Assembly (NCBI GenBank): GCA_002633005.1
Contig: NMRA01000332.1
Location: 400,616-463,098 of the forward strand
Direction of reading: 5' to 3'
Origin: Phoronis australis
Taxonomy: Eukaryota; Animalia; Phoronida
DNA length: 62,483 nucleotides
The notes beneath the pieces are model-generated. The model worked only from the letters and a program-made list of their open reading frames with translations, made no database searches and had not been told where the DNA came from. The number at the start of each line of letters is the position of its first letter. Position 1 is the stretch's first letter. The translations under genes were made by a program, and so were the position numbers. Of this stretch, positions 1 through 11,748 are shown piece by piece.

Positions 1-806
1 AACTGGTCTTGGCTAATTATCATTTTATGGCCTGGTCATCCATTCAGCCCAAAGTAGTTCCAGAGGAGGCTTATCAGCCAATTATTCACGCATGCTGACT
101 CACAATAGAAGCCTGATAAGAGTGAAGGTGGATAAATGCGGTGTTCCTACAGTTTCTTGTTTTAGTGGATGTGTTCACGACATGTCTTGGGAAATCTTGG
201 ATAACATCTGTATCACTTTCAGCAACTTCAGCTTTAGTACTACTGTTGGTGCCTTGAAACGTTGCTATGCCGTTCTATGTCCTTTCAATTTTCTGGTCTA
301 ACACTTGGTATTCTAGTCTACAGCACTCAGCAGTATACTGTGTAGGCTACCAGGACACGCAGCTGTTTTCTGCACAAACGTTTGTGACACCTCTTCTGCT
401 TTTTGATCTACTGATCTACAGAGTTCCACAGTCAATCAGATTTCGTCAGGAAGCTTTCCTAAGCTTCTTTAGGCTCTGACATCACAATTTTGTGCTGTTT
501 GATAAACCTTGAATTATACAGGCATCACACTCCATGGGAGCAGCCACATTGAAGTAACTAAGCACAACAATACAATCTGGCTCTCTGATTGGTCAATTCA
601 ATAGAAAAGCGCCATCAAGTGGCAGGAATGTGCATCATATTTTGTGCAACAAAAACACCTTTTTTTTAAAAAATGTGCAAGTGTAGATGTGGGAACTTTT
701 TGGAATTTGATTTCTAGGTATATTATCTAGCCAAATAGAAAAAACTAGGTTGCCCCCCCCAAAGTACTCACAAGGATGAACGCTACGAGATCTGGCCCAC
801 CGACTA
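1..806 (+). mobile_element. Decayed right part of an Academ(H)-like DNA transposon (DUF6589-like coding relic plus terminus)
   Basis: Frame-shifted translation of 1-300 and its copy 8735-8968 gives SIK.GDA..LLL..TG.ANYHF...LSANYSRMLTHNRS...GNLG...TVGALK. This resembles the DUF6589-type motif series (GD..R..LL.F..TG..NY...LS.....L.WNR..N). The segment ends in TGGCCCACCGACTA (793-806), an Academ-like ...CTA terminus. Confidence 0.45.
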
Positions 807-981
807 TATAGTTGCCCTCAGTGCAGTGTTCGCACTACTACTAAACCTCTAGACTCCAACATCGACTCGTTCCAGCATAGATTATAGGTTCCAGAAGTAA
901 CTTGTCCTAGGAGTAACTTGTTTTAGGGCAATTCATAGTTTGGAAGGCATTTTACTGTCAGTTTGTAGCAATGTTCTTCAC

Positions 982-1155
982 ATTCGTAATTATATCATTG
1001 TAATCTTAACATCAGTTTTTTTATTGATGTATTCGTGTATAATAGTTGTATATAGACTTCTTTGTATTTTTTTAACCCAGATCTAATGCCTCTTGGCGCT
1101 TTCTGGGTAATGTATATTCATTGTATTCTGAAGATTTCGTAATAAACATTAAAAA
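982..1155 (+). mobile_element. 5'-truncated non-LTR retroelement (LINE/SINE) 3' tail with target-site duplication
   Basis: Flanked by the direct repeat AATGTTCTTCAC (970-981 and 1156-1167). Contains the stem-loop ACCCAGA...TCTGGGT, then AATAAA and a short A-tail. Confidence 0.65.
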
Positions 1156-2451
1156 AATGTTCTTCACTGAAGGAATTTTCACAATGAAGGATATTAATAG
1201 ATAAATTTACGACATCACGCTCTGGACTTTTTCTTTACTCTGATAAAATTGGACACAACTTCAGAGACGTCTCTCTGTTGTGCAATTGTGGGCAAGTTGA
1301 GACTAAAATACACTCTCTCATTGGACTGTCCAATTTATTTTCAACAACGACAGGACTCTTCTAGATCATCGAAATTATCTATGATGTGTTCTCTATACGT
1401 GCACTTAATGAATCCCATAGTTTGCTACACAAATGAAAGCCAATATGCTTACTAATGGTTCGAGTTAATTCAGTGTAGAAACTAGTCTTATGCTGGTTCA
1501 ATCCGTTGCATTATTTATTTATAACAGTCTGTTGTTGTATTGGAGTGTTGTAAGTCAGTGTTATTTTTCTATTTTTCATTTGGATAGTACGCTAACAGTT
1601 TAATGTTGCCATTTATTATTGATTATTTATTGTCTAAAGCCCGGATATAATGCTCACTGGTGTTTCCGGGCTGAATTTTAGTGTATTATATATTTGAGTA
1701 TGTCTTAATAAATTGGTGTAACTCAGTTAAAAAATCGTCACGTGTACATCAAAAAATTGTTGAACATAAAACAATGTTCACGAGTAATAATTTCCCGAGC
1801 TCTCTGTATCTTTGACAGTCGTTCGCACCGCAACAATAAAGCACACGGCCAAGAAACTAATGATTAAAATAACGGTTAGGAAAATCTTGAATTATAAAAC
1901 GCCATGTTGTAATCTATGTGGCCAGCAAACTATCACTCATGGTAACCAGATGAGCTCATATGATAGCTCTCCGCCTGCACTGAGCCTAAAGTCATTTGAA
2001 ATTCTGTGCCGATACGCTTGTGTATGTTCACCTCAATATTTTTCAATTCGTTCCTTAGTCAACTTGATTTCAGGGCTTCCAAAGAACTGGCAGTTCATTG
2101 TTGCTTGAAACTAGCCATGCTCAGCTCTGTTCAAGGGTTGGTTTACCGACTACCGTGAGACTAACTGTACAAGCTGGCTTGCCAAGGTGTGCCGTTTTGT
2201 GCGACCCAACAAGGTCTCAGGAGATGGCGGTGGGAGTACCGAACTGTATATTCTTCGCCAACCCAGAAATCACATTTCATCGGAGTAAATGATTTGTCTG
2301 AGATTAATTTTATTGCGACAAATCGCCTAGATCAGAGGTTCGTTTCGTGGACGGAGCGTGAGTTCATAACCGCTTCATAAATGAATTTTTTTAGGAGTCT
2401 GCTTGGGTTCAGTGAACGCATACTCAAACGTCGATAGGGACTTGTGTGTAC

Positions 2452-2706
2452 CAAACGCGCACCCAGGATTGGCTCTGGTAGCTCGAACGAGCCCCCATTT
2501 GGCGAAGTGGCAAAAAGGTCCGCCTCAGAGAAACAAAAACTCCGAAAAAATAGAGAACGAGACTGACAAAAGTCCAATAAAGAGGCAGGAACTACCAAAA
2601 TTCTATGAATGCACGATTGGTAACTGAGCCTGCCTTGTGAATCTTAGTAAAAGGACCTATTTCTCAAAAGATTGAGCCCCCCTATTTTAGTCTGGGCGCT
2701 CGCATG
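2452..2706 (+). mobile_element. ~255-bp MITE, family A
   Basis: Imperfect TIRs (..CGCGCACCCAG / CTGGGCGCTCGCATG). Flanks TGTAC/TGGAC match 4 of 5 bases. Homologous copies at ~7490-7750, ~10516-10772 and 53083-53348, and a partial inverted copy at ~27337-27500. Confidence 0.75.
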
Positions 2707-3999
2707 TGGACGTCGGCTTTCATGTGGAAGAGTACAGTTAAACATTGGCGGATGGTAGACAATGTAATTAGGGGCTTACCGTCTAGCATGGAGTGATCAC
2801 CCACAGTAGTTCAGTAGTTTTTTAAGCAGCGTATCTTCAGATTCAAAGATTACGCGCGCATAGAATGAGGTGCCCTCGCGCTGTTCAAGCGAATGCTTTC
2901 ACCGTTTTTTGCACACGACTATGAACGATAAGACTAAAAAACAATACTTGGTTTTGGTATGTGTTTTTGTTGAAAACCGAGTCGGGGGTGCGGTATTCTT
3001 TAGTTTTTCACTTTTTCAAAAAAGTGACAAAAAAGACAAATCCCCCCTTTAAAGCATACATACTGTACAGCAAAAACAAACCGAAATCGCTATAGTTGTG
3101 AGACACGAACTGAGCGACGAGCCACATAAACTCAGTACGTAGGCCTAACCCGGGTAAGAATTTCAAAAGATCAAAATCTATAAGTTAGTTGCCATACATT
3201 CGAAAATTAAAAAACAAGACGTCTGAATCTTGACCATAGGCTACGGCAAGGGATAAAATGTCCGCTGCATTACCCAGGGATGGATAACCTTACGGCGTTT
3301 TTTAACTCGTCCTTGTGAAATGGAACTGGAAATAGGAGCAAATCTCGTGGAAAAGCACAAAAATATGTGACAGTACGTAAATTTCGTAGTGAGTCTCTGT
3401 CGGAATGCGAGAAATTCTGATACTGTGACTGGACGCATGACAACTCTTCATTAAGCGAGACGGTACCATCAAAAGCGGAACAGTAAACAAGTATGCGCAG
3501 AAGTTTTTAAAAGTTATGTAGGTCCCCCAGAAAAATTCTAGATTTCGTTAATTTCGGAATATTATATCTCAGAAACAGTCGATTGGATTTATATGAAACT
3601 TTCAACTACTATGATTGATACACTGTTCTCCACAATGCTTATAAGAATTGGTTTTAAAATATTCCACTTTTCATGAGGGTTTATAAAATTAGGACTTCAA
3701 TGATTTTCAAGAAAAAACTTCATAAGTTGCATGAGAAACGAAAACGAAATCATATTTCCGAAAAGTGTAACGGGGCTTTTGCGATCTCACCTTGAACTTT
3801 TATATCAAATACAAATATTTTATCGATACTATTGTTTTCTTAGCTATGCATTTTCCTTTTTTGCTAAATTTCACAAAAAGCTATGGTCACGTGATCCAAT
3901 CAACAGATTGGTAAAAGTCAAAAACCTAATTCTTCAGGCATTCTGCTTTCTGAAATTATATACTTTTATTGAAGTCCCATTAATGTCATGAAAAAGAAT

Positions 4000-4390
4000 T
4001 TGAATCTGTTAATACGAATTGTCATTCTGTAGGCCTACTTACGGATTGCCAATCTGTTGATACAGATTGCCACTGTGTTATTACGGATTGACAATCTGTA
4101 ATTACGGATTGCCAATCTGTAAATTCTGATTGCCAATCTGTTATTACGGATTACCAATCTGAAATTACGAATTTCCAATCGCCTTGTCAATCTGAAATTA
4201 CGGATTTCCAATCTGTTAAATATACTCCTCGTCATTCTGTAAATACGCCTTGCCAATTCGTAATTACGAATTGTCAATATGTTAATACGCCTTGCCAATA
4301 TGTAATTACGGATTGCCAATCTGTTACTACGGATTGCCAATCTGTTGTCACGGCGTCAATCTGTTATGTTTACGTATTGCCAATCCGGAT
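4000..4390. repeat. 21-bp minisatellite (consensus ~TTACGGATTGCCAATCTGTAA)
   Basis: Degenerate tandem units are directly visible. They explain the repetitive minus-strand ORF 4035-4340. Confidence 0.9.
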
Positions 4391-5013
4391 TCTGAAAACC
4401 CGTGCAGTGCCAAGTAGTCTATGTAAAGCAGAAATCGTTAACTTCAAACTAGAAGAACTCTAGTTCATGGAGGCGAATATTCTAGTTTAAAGCAACGTGT
4501 GAACGCCATTCCGTTTACGAATTTATGTGTAATTAGGAACGCTAAAACGCCGTAGTATAAAGAAGCAAAACACAAATGGTTTCATCCAAAACATTGACCA
4601 CAACAAAGATGGCGCTGCATGTGGCTTTAATGGAACAAACGCATGTACAGACAAATCACTACGTGTTAAAGTCCGTGTTGCAAACTGCCCATGTGGTTCC
4701 AGTATCCGAAAATACTTACTACATAAATTCTTATTTTCGACACACTTTCTTTATATTCTTTTCGCCTTTCTTGCCAAAAGCGATTTTGTAACAGTATTTG
4801 ACCCTTGTCTCTGAGCGTATGCTTACCGGTTGTCATCGGTTATTTCCGTACCCACATTTCCGGCTCATCAGTTCAGGAACTTGTCCTGAACGCCGCCATT
4901 TTTTCCTTGTAACTGAATGTGCTATGGCTTGCTCGAAAAGTCTTCATTATTTTGTTTTATTAGTAATATATCGTGATTCGTTTGCATATGTAGTGTATTT
5001 ATAGTTTGTAGTT

Positions 5014-5389
5014 NNNNNNNNNNNNNNNNNNNNNNNNNNNNNNNNNNNNNNNNNNNNNNNNNNNNNNNNNNNNNNNNNNNNNNNNNNNNNNNNNNNNNNN
5101 NNNNNNNNNNNNNNNNNNNNNNNNNNNNNNNNNNNNNNNNNNNNNNNNNNNNNNNNNNNNNNNNNNNNNNNNNNNNNNNNNNNNNNNNNNNNNNNNNNNN
5201 NNNNNNNNNNNNNNNNNNNNNNNNNNNNNNNNNNNNNNNNNNNNNNNNNNNNNNNNNNNNNNNNNNNNNNNNNNNNNNNNNNNNNNNNNNNNNNNNNNNN
5301 NNNNNNNNNNNNNNNNNNNNNNNNNNNNNNNNNNNNNNNNNNNNNNNNNNNNNNNNNNNNNNNNNNNNNNNNNNNNNNNNNNNNNNNNN
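5014..5389. other. Assembly gap (376 N)
   Basis: Run of N in the sequence. Confidence 1.
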
Positions 5390-5936
5390 GGCATGTTCAA
5401 TCGGCTACTTTGTAATTTGTGAAGATTTAACGTTGATACATTTTGACAAACGTTGCTACAAAAAAGAAACTTTGTTCAATTTTCGTGTTTTTTGTGTTTG
5501 TGGCCAGCAGTGTGACACAGGACTAACCAGCCCGTAATTTCATGCAAGTGTCTGAAACTACCTTTGAATATATGCAGCATTTATCATTTGACCATTTTAC
5601 TTCGACAAAACAGCTTGCAACCGCATGCATTTATCGTTCGCCAGTGTCTGGTCTCGATGCGCACCGGGTCCGATAGGCTGCGGTCCCGAGTCTGGCAAAA
5701 TAATTTCTGTCAAAATTTATTCGCCACTGTCCTTCAGCAAATTCCATAAAATTGTCCGTAGTTTGATTTTATCAAAATTAAGGCGCGCTGTCGATTTTTT
5801 TCCCGTTTGCTGGCTGGTAACAGTACAGGCACTGCTCCAGTCGCACTGACGGCGTATTCTCGGCCTGGGTTCCTGAATGAATTGTACTTCCGGGTTCGCG
5901 GCAAGTTCAAAATGGCGGTGTTTAAAAAACATTCAA

Positions 5937-8900
5937 TTGCAGCGTTTTCCCGTTGCTCCCAACTTGTTCGATTCTATAGCCCAACAACAAGTTGGGAAGT
6001 TTATCCCTGTAGCCAATATCTCACAAGACTGATTAATTCCATTCTGGCTTGTATGGTTGAAGGGCCATCCCTCATGTGTTCGATAATTGCTCTAATCTCC
6101 CAGAAGAACCTATCTACCCGGCCTGACTGGGCTGTGCTGTTAAAAATAAAAGTTAAGTTATAACATATTTGAACATATATCAATAGCATTTCTGAAATCT
6201 TGAAGTTCGTCAAATGGTGATCATGTATAGTTTTTGAATCGCCAAAATTGCCCAACGAGTGCACCCGAAGTTACGACAATCTATTCTTTCCGAATACACC
6301 ATGTGGTCTGTAATAAGCCTACATGTATTAGATAAGTGGCCTGCTTGTTGTGATAACAGATAAAAGAGTCTGCTTGGCAGTTAACAAAGAAGCTAGAGGT
6401 TATCACACGCTCAGAACCCCCTTCGTCTGGTAAAGTCACTGAACGGGAAAACGCTGCCATGAATAACAATGAAACGCCCACCTCCCGTTCGTTTGTGGTT
6501 TGTTATTTAAAACTCATTGTCAGAGGAGTTTCTCATGGTTTATTGACGAGCACACTTATCGATTCCAAAAACACCTTTATACGCACAGCTGTCAAGGTCT
6601 ATACACAGGTATGCCTGGTATGCAAGTGCAAGCTATTTGGCTGCCTGAATATTGCTAATTTTGTGGAAAGACAGAAACTTTCGCAAAACAAATTTAACAC
6701 ACAGAGTATCGCAGCAGTCCGTCTTGACAGCCTTTACAGCCGACACTTGCTGGTTCCCTGAGTGTCCGCTAAGGGGCAGAGAACACGCACGTATCATTTA
6801 GTTTTCCTCGGGAAATATTTTACACTGGCATTTCTGATTGGCTGCTGGAATTCTCAGCAGTTAGCGCTTTGCCTAAACTAACTGGCATGGATTAAGTGAA
6901 AATGTTGACTAATAGTTCAGTAGTGGTCTGTACTTGTACACAAAAATCGGTGCCTAATTCATGTTCAAGAAATAATGTAAATCGATCAGAAAATTGTGGT
7001 CGAACCTTTTCAGAGTGCATTTTTCTACAGTCGGTGACATTTGTTTACGTTGTTGTCCTGTATTATTCACACAGTATGAATAACACACCGGCTAAATCGG
7101 CCAAAATGAGATTTATGTGCATTGTGCAGTAGTATGTGCTTCAAGCACGCGTTTATTAAACATTACTGTAGAAACGAAGTATAGCTGTCACGCCACCTGC
7201 ATGACAAGGCTAAAAATAGTTCATAGTCTGCCATTTTCTTTCTTTGTTGTAAAGCTAACCAATGACTGCCGTCGTTACATCAGACAGTAATAAAATGCGT
7301 GCTACTAAATGATGACTGCAAGTTTTCTACCCCCTAACGGATACGCAGAAAACCCGCCTATCTGGATTCGTGACATACGTCACAGAAGCCAGGGCTGTAT
7401 TCCCTAATTCGAGTTTCTTGCGAAAAACATGGGAACACAGAGCGTACGCCATGCTCAACAACCGTAGCACGTGTTCTGACTATCCTTCGCATGCACACAC
7501 CCAGGGGGGTCTCGGGGCGGCTCGAAGAGCTCCCCATTAGTGGCGAAGTGGACAAACGGGTCCTCCTCAGGGAAACGAATTAAAACTCCTAAACAAGCAG
7601 AAAACGAAACGAAAGTCCTCTAAAAAGGCGGGAACTACCGGAATTCGGTGAAATCACAATTCACCATAGCAGTCTGAACGCACCCCATGAATCTTAGTAA
7701 AAAGTCCGGATTCTCAAAAATTCGAGCCCCCATTTTTAGGCTGAGTGCTAGTAAATACCATACGTATACTGGCACCCAACACTGCCGTTGTGTTTGTTTA
7801 GGGCTTGAAAAACCAGGTCTTGGCAGCTTAACACTTTTCTACGGCGTGCATATTTGAAAATATGAACACTGAGTCTACTGAACCGAAAAGTTTACTAAAA
7901 AGCTGCTGTAAAGTCCATTAAAACTGACCCCAAAGTCAATTTCCAACTATTTTCGAGTACAGCTGGCTTCTTATAAATGAATAAGAACCTACCAAACCAC
8001 CATTCTCACGCGATTACTACGAACTGTGAGACATTGCATGACTGCTAACACCATCCACAGATCATAGAAATCACGGAAGTGAAGGTGCCTATCACCAAGA
8101 TTGCTTTCAAATTTGTCTAAAGCTGGGTACCTGAATTTCCTACTAAATTTCAACTTCCCGCTTGCAAGCAGCCACGACTTAGTGAGCAAAAAGTGAGCCA
8201 CCGGGCTAGCATTCTTTTAATCAGAATATAATAAAAAATCAAGCAACCATTCATAGCCTTCAAATTCAGCACAAACTTAAAAATGCTCAGCCAACACAGC
8301 AACTGGCTCGGTTTTTATGGAACTGTGGCTCAAAAAGTTATTGGGTGCCACGCTATAGCTGTTGGACCTAAAAGTATCTCATTCAGTTTTCGTGTGACGT
8401 CATGACTATAAACTGAAGCTATGATTGGCTAATAGTAATAATGAATGAGAATGTCCACATTCTAATTGTAAAGGCAGTGCTTTGGCCGCACCCCTTACCG
8501 TGCGCACGTTNTAATTTAACAACGGAAGTTGATAGCAATGCACCACAATTTTGTAGAAAGGCTGTCATAGGCTACAACTACGTCACAGAGCGTAAATTTG
8601 ATGAATCCTAGCTTCCGATTTTACCCGTTTGGGAAACCGGGTTTCAACTGCCGTAGGCTCACTACAATAAGCGCCCCCTCCCCGTGAAATGAATTTTTCT
8701 AAGCGTTTGTTTGAGTCAATACAGTATACAGCTTTCCATCAAGGCTAGGTGATGCAAGACATTATTCTTTGTTGCTTTATAGTAACTGGTCTTGGCTAAT
8801 TATCATTTTATGGCCTGGTCATCCATTCAGCCAAAAGTAGTTCCAGAGGTGGCTAATCAGCCAATTATTCACGCATGCTGACTCACAATAGAAGCCTGAT

Positions 8901-11534
8901 AAGAGTGATGGTGGATAAATGCGGTGTTCCTACAGTTTCTTGTTTTAGTGGATGTGTTCACGACATGTTGCAGCGTTTTCCCGTTGCTCCCAACTTGTTC
9001 GATTCTATAGCCCAACAACAAGTTGGGAAGTTTATCCCTGTAGCCAATATCTCACAAGACTGATTAATTCCATTCTGGCTTGTATGGTTGAAGGGCCATC
9101 TCTCAAGTGTTCGATAATTGCTCTAATCTCCCAGAAGAACCTATCTACCCGGCCTGACTGGGCTGTGCTGTTAAAAATAAAAGTTAAGTTATAACATATT
9201 TGAACATAAATCAATAGCATTTCTGAAATCTTGAAGTTCGTCAAATGGTGATCATGTATAGTTTTTGAATAGCCAAAATTGCCCAACTGCACCCGAAGTT
9301 ACGACAATCTATTCTTTCCGAATACACCATGTGGTCTGTAATAAGCCTACATGTATTAGATAAATGGCCTGCTTGTTGTGATAACAGATAAAAGAGTCTG
9401 CTTGGCAGTTAACAAAGAAGCTAGAGGTTATCACACGTTCAGAACCCCCTTCGTCTGGTAAAGTCACTGAACGGGAAAACGCTGTCATGAATAACAATGA
9501 AACGTCCACCTCCCGTTCGTTTGTGGTTTGTTATTTAAAACTCATTGTCAGAGGCGTTTCTCATGGTTTATTGACGAGCACACTTATCGACTCCAAAAAC
9601 ACCTTTATACGCACAGCTGTCAAGGTCTATACACAGGTATGTCTGGTATGCAAGTGCAAGCTATTTGGCTGCCTGAATATTGCTAATTTTGTGGAAAGAC
9701 AGAAACTTTCGCCAAAACAAATTTAACACACAGAGTATCGCAGCAGTCCGTCTTGACAGCCTTTACAGTCGACACTTGCTGGTTCCCTGAGTGTCCGCTA
9801 AGGGGTAGAGAACACGCACGTATCATTTAGTTTTCCTCGGGAAATATTTTACACTGGCATTTCTGATTGGCTGCTGGAATTCTCAGCAGTTAGCGCTTTG
9901 CCTAAAGTAACTGGCATGGATTAAGTGAAAATGTGGATATAGTTCAGTAGTGGTCTGTTGTACACAAAAATCGGTGCCTAATTCATGTTCAAGACTAATA
10001 ATGTAAATGGATCAGAAAATTGTGGTCGAACCTTTTCAGAGTGCATTTTTCTACAGTCGCTGACATTTGTTTACGTTGTTGTCCTGTATTATTCACACAG
10101 TGTGAATAACACACCGGCTAAATCGGCGAAAATGAGATTTATGTGCATTGTGCAGTAGTATGTGCTTCAAGCACGCGTTTATTAAACAGTACTGTAGAAA
10201 CGAAATATAGCTGTCACGCCACCTGCATGACAAGGCTAAAAATAGTTCATAGTCCGTCATTTTCTTTCTTTGTTGTAAAGCTAACCAATTACTGCTGTCG
10301 TTACATCAGACAGTAATAAAATGCGTGCTACTAAATGATGACTGCAAGTTCTCTACCCCCTAACGGATACGCAGAAAACCCGCCTATCTGGATTCGTGAC
10401 ATACGTCACAGAAGCCAGGGCTGTATTCCCTAATTCGAGTTTCTTGCGAAAAACATGGGAACACAGAGCGTACGCCATGCTTAACAACCGTAGCACGTGT
10501 TCTGACTATCCTTCGCATGCACACACCCAGGGTGGTCTCGGGGCGGCTAGAAGAGCTCCCCATTTGGCGAAGTGGACAAACGGGTCCTCCTCAGGGAAAC
10601 GAATTAAAACTCCTAAACTTGCAGAAAACGAAACGAAAGTCCTCTAAAAAGGCGGGAACTACCGGAATTCGGTGAAATCACAATTCACCATAGCAGTCTG
10701 AACGCACCCCATGAATCTTAGTAAAAAGTCCGGATTCTCAAAAATTCGAGCCCCCATTTTTAGGCTGAGTGCTAGTAAATACCATACGTATACTGGCACC
10801 CAACACTGCCGTTGTGTTTGTTTAGGGCTTGAAAAACCAGGTCTTGGCAGCTTAACACTTTTCTACGGCGTGCATATTTGAAAATATGAACACTGAGTCT
10901 ACTGAACCGAAAAGTTTACTAAAAAGCTGCTGTAAAGTCCATTAAAACTGACCCCAAAGTCAATTTCCAACTATTTTCGAGTACAGCTGGCTTCTTATAA
11001 ATGAATAAGAACCTACCAAACCACCATTCTCACGCGATTACTACGAACTGTGAGACATTGCATGACTGCTAACACCATCCACAGATCATAGAAATCACGG
11101 AAGTGAAGGTGCCTATCACCAAGATTGCTTTCAAATTTGTCTAAAGCTGGGTACCTGAATTTCCTACTAAATTTCAACTTCCCGCTTGCAAGCAGCCACG
11201 ACTTAGTGAGCAAAAAGTGAGCCACCGGGCTAGCATTCTTTTAATCAGAATATAATAAAAAATCAAGCAACCATTCATAGCCTTCAAATTCAGCACAAAC
11301 TTAAAAATGCTCAGCCAACACAGCAACTGGCTCGGTTTTTATGGAACTGTGGCTCAAAAAGTTATTGGGTGCCACGCTATAGCTGTTGGACCTAAAAGTA
11401 TCTCATTCAGTTTTCGTGTGACGTCATGACTATAAACTGAAGCTATGATTGGCTAATAGTAATAATGAATGAGAATGTCCACATTCTAATTGTAAAGGCA
11501 GTGCTTTGGCCGCACCCCTTACCGTGCGCACGTT
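5937..11534 (+). repeat. Near-identical ~2.57-kb direct duplication (5937-8510 vs 8968-11534), probably allelic haplotypes
   Basis: The copies differ only by scattered SNPs and small indels. Copy 1 ends exactly at a single N (8511). Segment 8784-8968 also repeats window positions 1-185. Confidence 0.85.
5945..6455 (+). repeat. ~510-bp dispersed repeat family B
   Basis: A diverged inverted copy lies at ~58421-58932, a partial copy at ~27500-27590, and the haplotype copy at ~8975-9485. Confidence 0.8.
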
Positions 11535-11748
11535 AATTTACTAATAGAAAGTAAAAATAGACGTCTGCGCCACCGTGCAGAACGTTTATTTTTTTAACGA
11601 AACAGGTTTGTTACAGGTAACACAGAAAGTGATTAACTGATCTTAGAACTCATGAAGTCGTGTTTGGCGACTTGAGCCACTACTATATGAAGTCGCATTC
11701 AGCGAGTCAGTCGTGCTTGGTAAAGACGACAATCTGAATTTATATTTT

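Noticed and set aside
4035-4340. 101-aa ORF with repeating RLAIRN units
   Set aside because: It is a by-product of the 21-bp minisatellite, with no start or splice context. The repeats are contiguous with no unique spacers, so it is not CRISPR either.
4999-5400. 133-aa ORF
   Set aside because: It consists of the N gap.
5880-5925. ETS-like (ACTTCCGG) and YY1-like (AAAATGGCGG) motifs suggesting a promoter
   Set aside because: No associated gene was found, the motifs are short, and they lie among repeat fragments.
7989-8201. 70-aa minus ORF with plausible AG/GT sites, repeated at 11013-11225
   Set aside because: No recognisable domain or partner exons. The repeat is only the probable haplotype duplication and is not evidence of conservation.
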